Shown here: piece by piece, positions 60,461 to 64,000 of the stretch | Position numbering within the stretch: the first letter of the stretch is position 1 | Layout of the letters: every line of letters begins with the position of its first letter | Assembly (NCBI RefSeq): GCF_009914755.1 | Contig: NC_060927.1 | Length of the DNA stretch: 64,000 nucleotides | Source: the human T2T-CHM13v2.0 reference genome, Homo sapiens | Direction: 5' to 3' (one strand) | Notes under the pieces: generated by a model | What the model saw: only the letters and a program-made list of their open reading frames with translations | Told to the model about the DNA's origin: nothing | Database searches by the model: none | Position numbers and translations under genes: made by a program

Positions 60461-61029
60461 GATTTATTTGAGACTTTTTCATTTGACATATATTCTAAGT
60501 ATCCATATTGTGTCTCCCTTTACCCATTTTAAGTAAACATTATGGAAAAAAATTCCTAGGTAATTATTTTCCTAGTGTTTCTTTTTTTGCTTTGAAATAG
60601 AATCAAACTCTCTGAAGTAGCTGTCTGATTCAGAACCTGCTTTGTTTTGCCAAGGAAAATTAAAGATAAAAAATTCAAGGCCCAGTAGACTACTTGCCAA
60701 TGATTGATTTGGGGAATAAAGAGCATTCCTGATCACCATCCTTTTCTGCTTACCTGATATATCAGTTTGGGGTCAATTGCAGACAACAGAATCTACTGAA
60801 GCTAGTTGGTGCTAAAGGGGATTTATTAGTAGGCATTGGTTGGCTTACAAACTCACTAGAAGAATTACAGGAGTGGACTCAAGGTTTTCTGAACAAGAAT
60901 TAGAATGTCTCTAAATTGAGCAGGAAAGCTGACAGAAAGTGGCAGAACCAGGAAGCCACTGACCAAAGTCCTTCAGCTATACCGGTATAGATGCTCTATC
61001 TTCACTCTTTGAGAAAATTGATGTCAGGC

Positions 61030-61520
61030 ATGAAAGTCAGCAGAGGAGACTGTAAAAGAGTAGTACAAAAGTCACACAGGCCAAAGGAAGAGTGTTTCAA
61101 AGAGAACAGAATGGGAAAGAGGATCTCAGAAAAGTCTATCCATCAACAAGGAGGCTGATGGAAATCTTAGAAGAATCATTCTAGTGAGCTTAATGAAGCC
61201 AGAATGCAGTGGGTAAAGGAGTGAGTGGGAGGTACGAAAACAAAGGCGGTGTGCACTACTCTTTCAAAAAAGCCTGGCTGTGAAAAAGAAGGGGGGGGGG
61301 TGTTGTTAGAGTGTGACATAGTGGGGAGAGGGTGACTTTCTCATTTTAGAAGGTGGGAGAGACTAGTAGTACATTTTTAAATTCTTGTAGGAGGAATCCT
61401 ATTGAGTAGAAGTAGTTGATGAACATACAGGAGAACAATGTGTAATGGATAGAGTGTGGTTCTTGAAAAGGTGGGAAGTGGTAAGATCAGAGTTGAGGAG
61501 AGGGTGGGAGTGGTAGGGTC
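61030..61520 (-). mobile_element. L2 fragment
   Basis: AAGCCAGAATGCAGTGGGTAAAGGAGTGAGTGGGAGG..ACTCTTTCAAAAAAGCCTGGCTGTGAA. Confidence 0.65.
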
Positions 61521-61749
61521 AGATATTTAAAATATCTGCAATAAAGAATGGGAGAGAGCAGTTCAGGCATCACTTCGGGGTCACTGGGTAGCTTTGAATC
61601 CTAATACAGCATATCTGTACTTAAAAAATGAAGTATCACAAATATCTAATAGGTAGATTCTAAAACGTGGGACTGGCTCAGTCATGGTGGGATGGGAGCT
61701 GTGCAAATCCTGTTATACATGGCTGAGAAGTTAGCAAATTTTATGGATC

Positions 61750-62250
61750 TGTTAAGATACTTCTGATTACAAGGCATAAATATAACTTAAACTCAATTGT
61801 AAAATGAAGGAAATGTATTGGCTCACATGGAAAAGTCCAAAGGTGTAGAGGTGGGCCTCAAGCACAGTTTGATCAAGGCTTCCTTTGTGAGTTACTTTGT
61901 TTGGCCCCACTCTATGTTCTGGCTTTCTTCTTATCTTGTCTTCCCTCAGGATTACACTGTGACTGTTAGTAGCAGCCAGGGCTGAGGATTCCAGGAAAAA
62001 ACAAGAAGAGTGGGGAGGGACAGGAAAACTTACCTGCCTTCTGCTGCTTTTTGTTCCAATCCAATCTTCCGTGATTTGTCCCCTTGGCAGAACCTAACAA
62101 AAAGCCAGAGGGCAAGAGAGCTGAGAATCAGCTCCAATACAGAGCAGATGAAGGGAAGTATGGGAACGTGAATCTAAAAGCAAACAAGCAGATATTTGGC
62201 ACAGGCTCAAGAGATACGAGACAGCCCAAATGGAGCAGCCCTCTTAGGAG
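61750..62250 (-). mobile_element. MLT1-type LTR fragments
   Basis: AAGGAAATGTATTGGCTCACATGGAAAAGTCCAAAGG..TTGGCAGAACCTAACAAAAAGCCAG. Confidence 0.55.
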
Positions 62251-62502
62251 TGGCCCTGGAGCAAGGTAGACAGAGATCTTCCCAGCACACAGAACCTGAA
62301 GAACTCATTCCACTACCAGCTTGTGGAGGCCTTGGCCATCCTAGGCCACAGGGGGTGATGGCTGCCGTATACTGGTGGCACAGTACGCCATTAGAAATGG
62401 TATGCTGTTCGGGGTGGGAGTTTGCCTCTCAGCTAGCCAATTCTCCACCTTTCTACAGTGAGTTGGGGGTGGCTGAATGTCTTATTTAGTCACATCCTGA
62501 CC

Positions 62503-62528
62503 TGAATGAAGGGAATTCCCTTCATTCA
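62503..62528. promoter_or_regulatory. Perfect 26-bp palindrome with central NF-kB site
   Basis: TGAATGAAGGGAATTCCCTTCATTCA equals its own reverse complement. The core GGGAATTCCC fits GGGRNWYYCC. The palindrome is certain; function is untested. Confidence 0.6.
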
Positions 62529-62934
62529 CATGGAGAACCTGAGTGCTGGAAGTTTGCTGCTGTTCTAAGTGAAGGCAGCTTTGGGTTGTCTTTGGGAAAG
62601 GGGACAAGAGTGCTTCGATGGTACAAATAAAAGTTGTATTACATTAAGGAAAGCGTATATAAAAAAGGAGAGTGTGTGCTAGCCAGCTAGGGGCTGGGCT
62701 GTGGTTGCTATTGTTTTGGGCTGTTAGCATGGTTTTCTTCCCTCCTCCACATGCTCCGGAGCTTTAACAGGGACCCCACACTGGTAAGACACTTGGCTTG
62801 GAAAGCACTTTACACAGTGCACATGGCTCAAACCGCCAGTCTCCCATGATCTTTGTCCACACACTCTTCAGGAGTGTGGATTATAGTGGAATGCCTGTGG
62901 ACCAGACAGCCAATGGGTTGGATGAAGTGGACAG

Positions 62935-63335
62935 CTGTTGTTTTTGTCTGCCCATCATCCCTTCCTGTGGGAACTAACCTCCACCCTCCATGCGGTTCTG
63001 GAAAGGGCTCAAATCACAGGCACCCATACCTTGTCTCTAGAGGAGTCCATGTGACCTCAGGTAGGCCAATCTGATACTCTTTTCCAGGAATTTGAATTGG
63101 GGACAGACACAACAAAGCCAGGAAAAAGCTGACCATGGCTCATCTGGTGGCAGTGCCCTGAAGCTAGTTTATCTGGTGGCAGAGCCCTGGAGAGGCAGGG
63201 GTTTCTCACCAGAATCTCTAGCACTGCCCTGCTCCCTTCCTTCCTGAGGCCTGGGTGGTCAGCTATGTGCACTCCCCAGTGTTCCTCCTACAAACCTTTT
63301 CTTCCTTCATGAGAGTTTTCTGTTCCTGATAACCA
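62935..63335 (+). mobile_element. MLT1-type LTR fragment
   Basis: GCTGTTGTTTTTGTCTGCCCATCATCCCTTCC..CATGTGACCTCAGGTAGGCCAATCTGA..TTTCTGTTCCTGATAACCAAAA. Confidence 0.6.
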
Positions 63336-64000
63336 AAAACCTCTGAAACAATAATTAACATGATTTAAAGACTTAGCCATCACCACAAAGTTTAAGAGTT
63401 GAAGTTGGATCTCCCTTGCTGGGGTTATTTAGGACAGAGATACTGTAAGTTCACACACATCACCAAGGTTCTGGGACAAGATGTGTTACACAGAAGCCCA
63501 TGGACTCTATATGCTTTTGAAAAACAGAAAGGTGGAAGAAAACATTTCATAACCTGGGTTATATAAGTATTTTCTTACAAGATATGGCTTCAAAGTAACA
63601 CATGAATTTTCTTTTTAATTTATCTAATATGATAAAAAAGTAATATACTAAGGGTGCTTCAGGATAAACTTATACTCTTGCCTTCTGCCTGCTGCATTTT
63701 ATGAAAAGGGTAATGTTTTTTCTTATCTTGTTTATTAGTGTTATGAATATTTTACTGTTAATTTAGGAATACCCTGTTGCTGAAAGATAACTGTTGGACA
63801 TGCACAGATGTGTACGATCCTAAACACTGTGCTTACAAATAATTTATTCTTATTTCATACATTTGTTTTTCAGCAAAAATGCATAGTCATATTATTTACA
63901 CAGAATTTCATATTCAAGACTGTAGGGAACAAATGTCTCAGGAAACCAAAATCATAGCAAATCATACAACAGAAATGTGTCACATTTTTTTTTCAGCTAC

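Overview
Primate (AluY present, most likely human) nuclear DNA that is repeat-dense and intergenic or intronic. I find no credible protein-coding exon; the listed ORFs read through Alu, L1 or LTR sequence or are chance frames. The window holds about 30 Alus/FLAMs, a near full-length old L1 (26.7-35.1 kb) and many solo LTRs (THE1C x2, MLT1 types, MER50, MER51, LTR27-like, MER41A, LTR16/41-like). It also holds hAT and piggyBac DNA-transposon relics (MER3, MER33, MER1A, MER53, MER58B, MER117, MER5, MER85) plus L2 and MIR fragments. The non-routine signals are: (1) a ~150-bp chimeric mitochondrial insertion joining ND5 to ND2 inside a MER33; (2) a near-perfect 55-bp-stem hairpin formed by inverted duplication into a MER3; (3) a 5'-intact, 3'-truncated YWHAH (14-3-3 eta) retrocopy; (4) an orphan CpG island near 56.5-56.9 kb; (5) a perfect 26-bp palindrome centred on an NF-kB site. 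Subfamily names come from recalled consensus sequences, not a RepeatMasker run. Boundaries of old repeats are approximate. I do not see evidence of a new multi-gene system.
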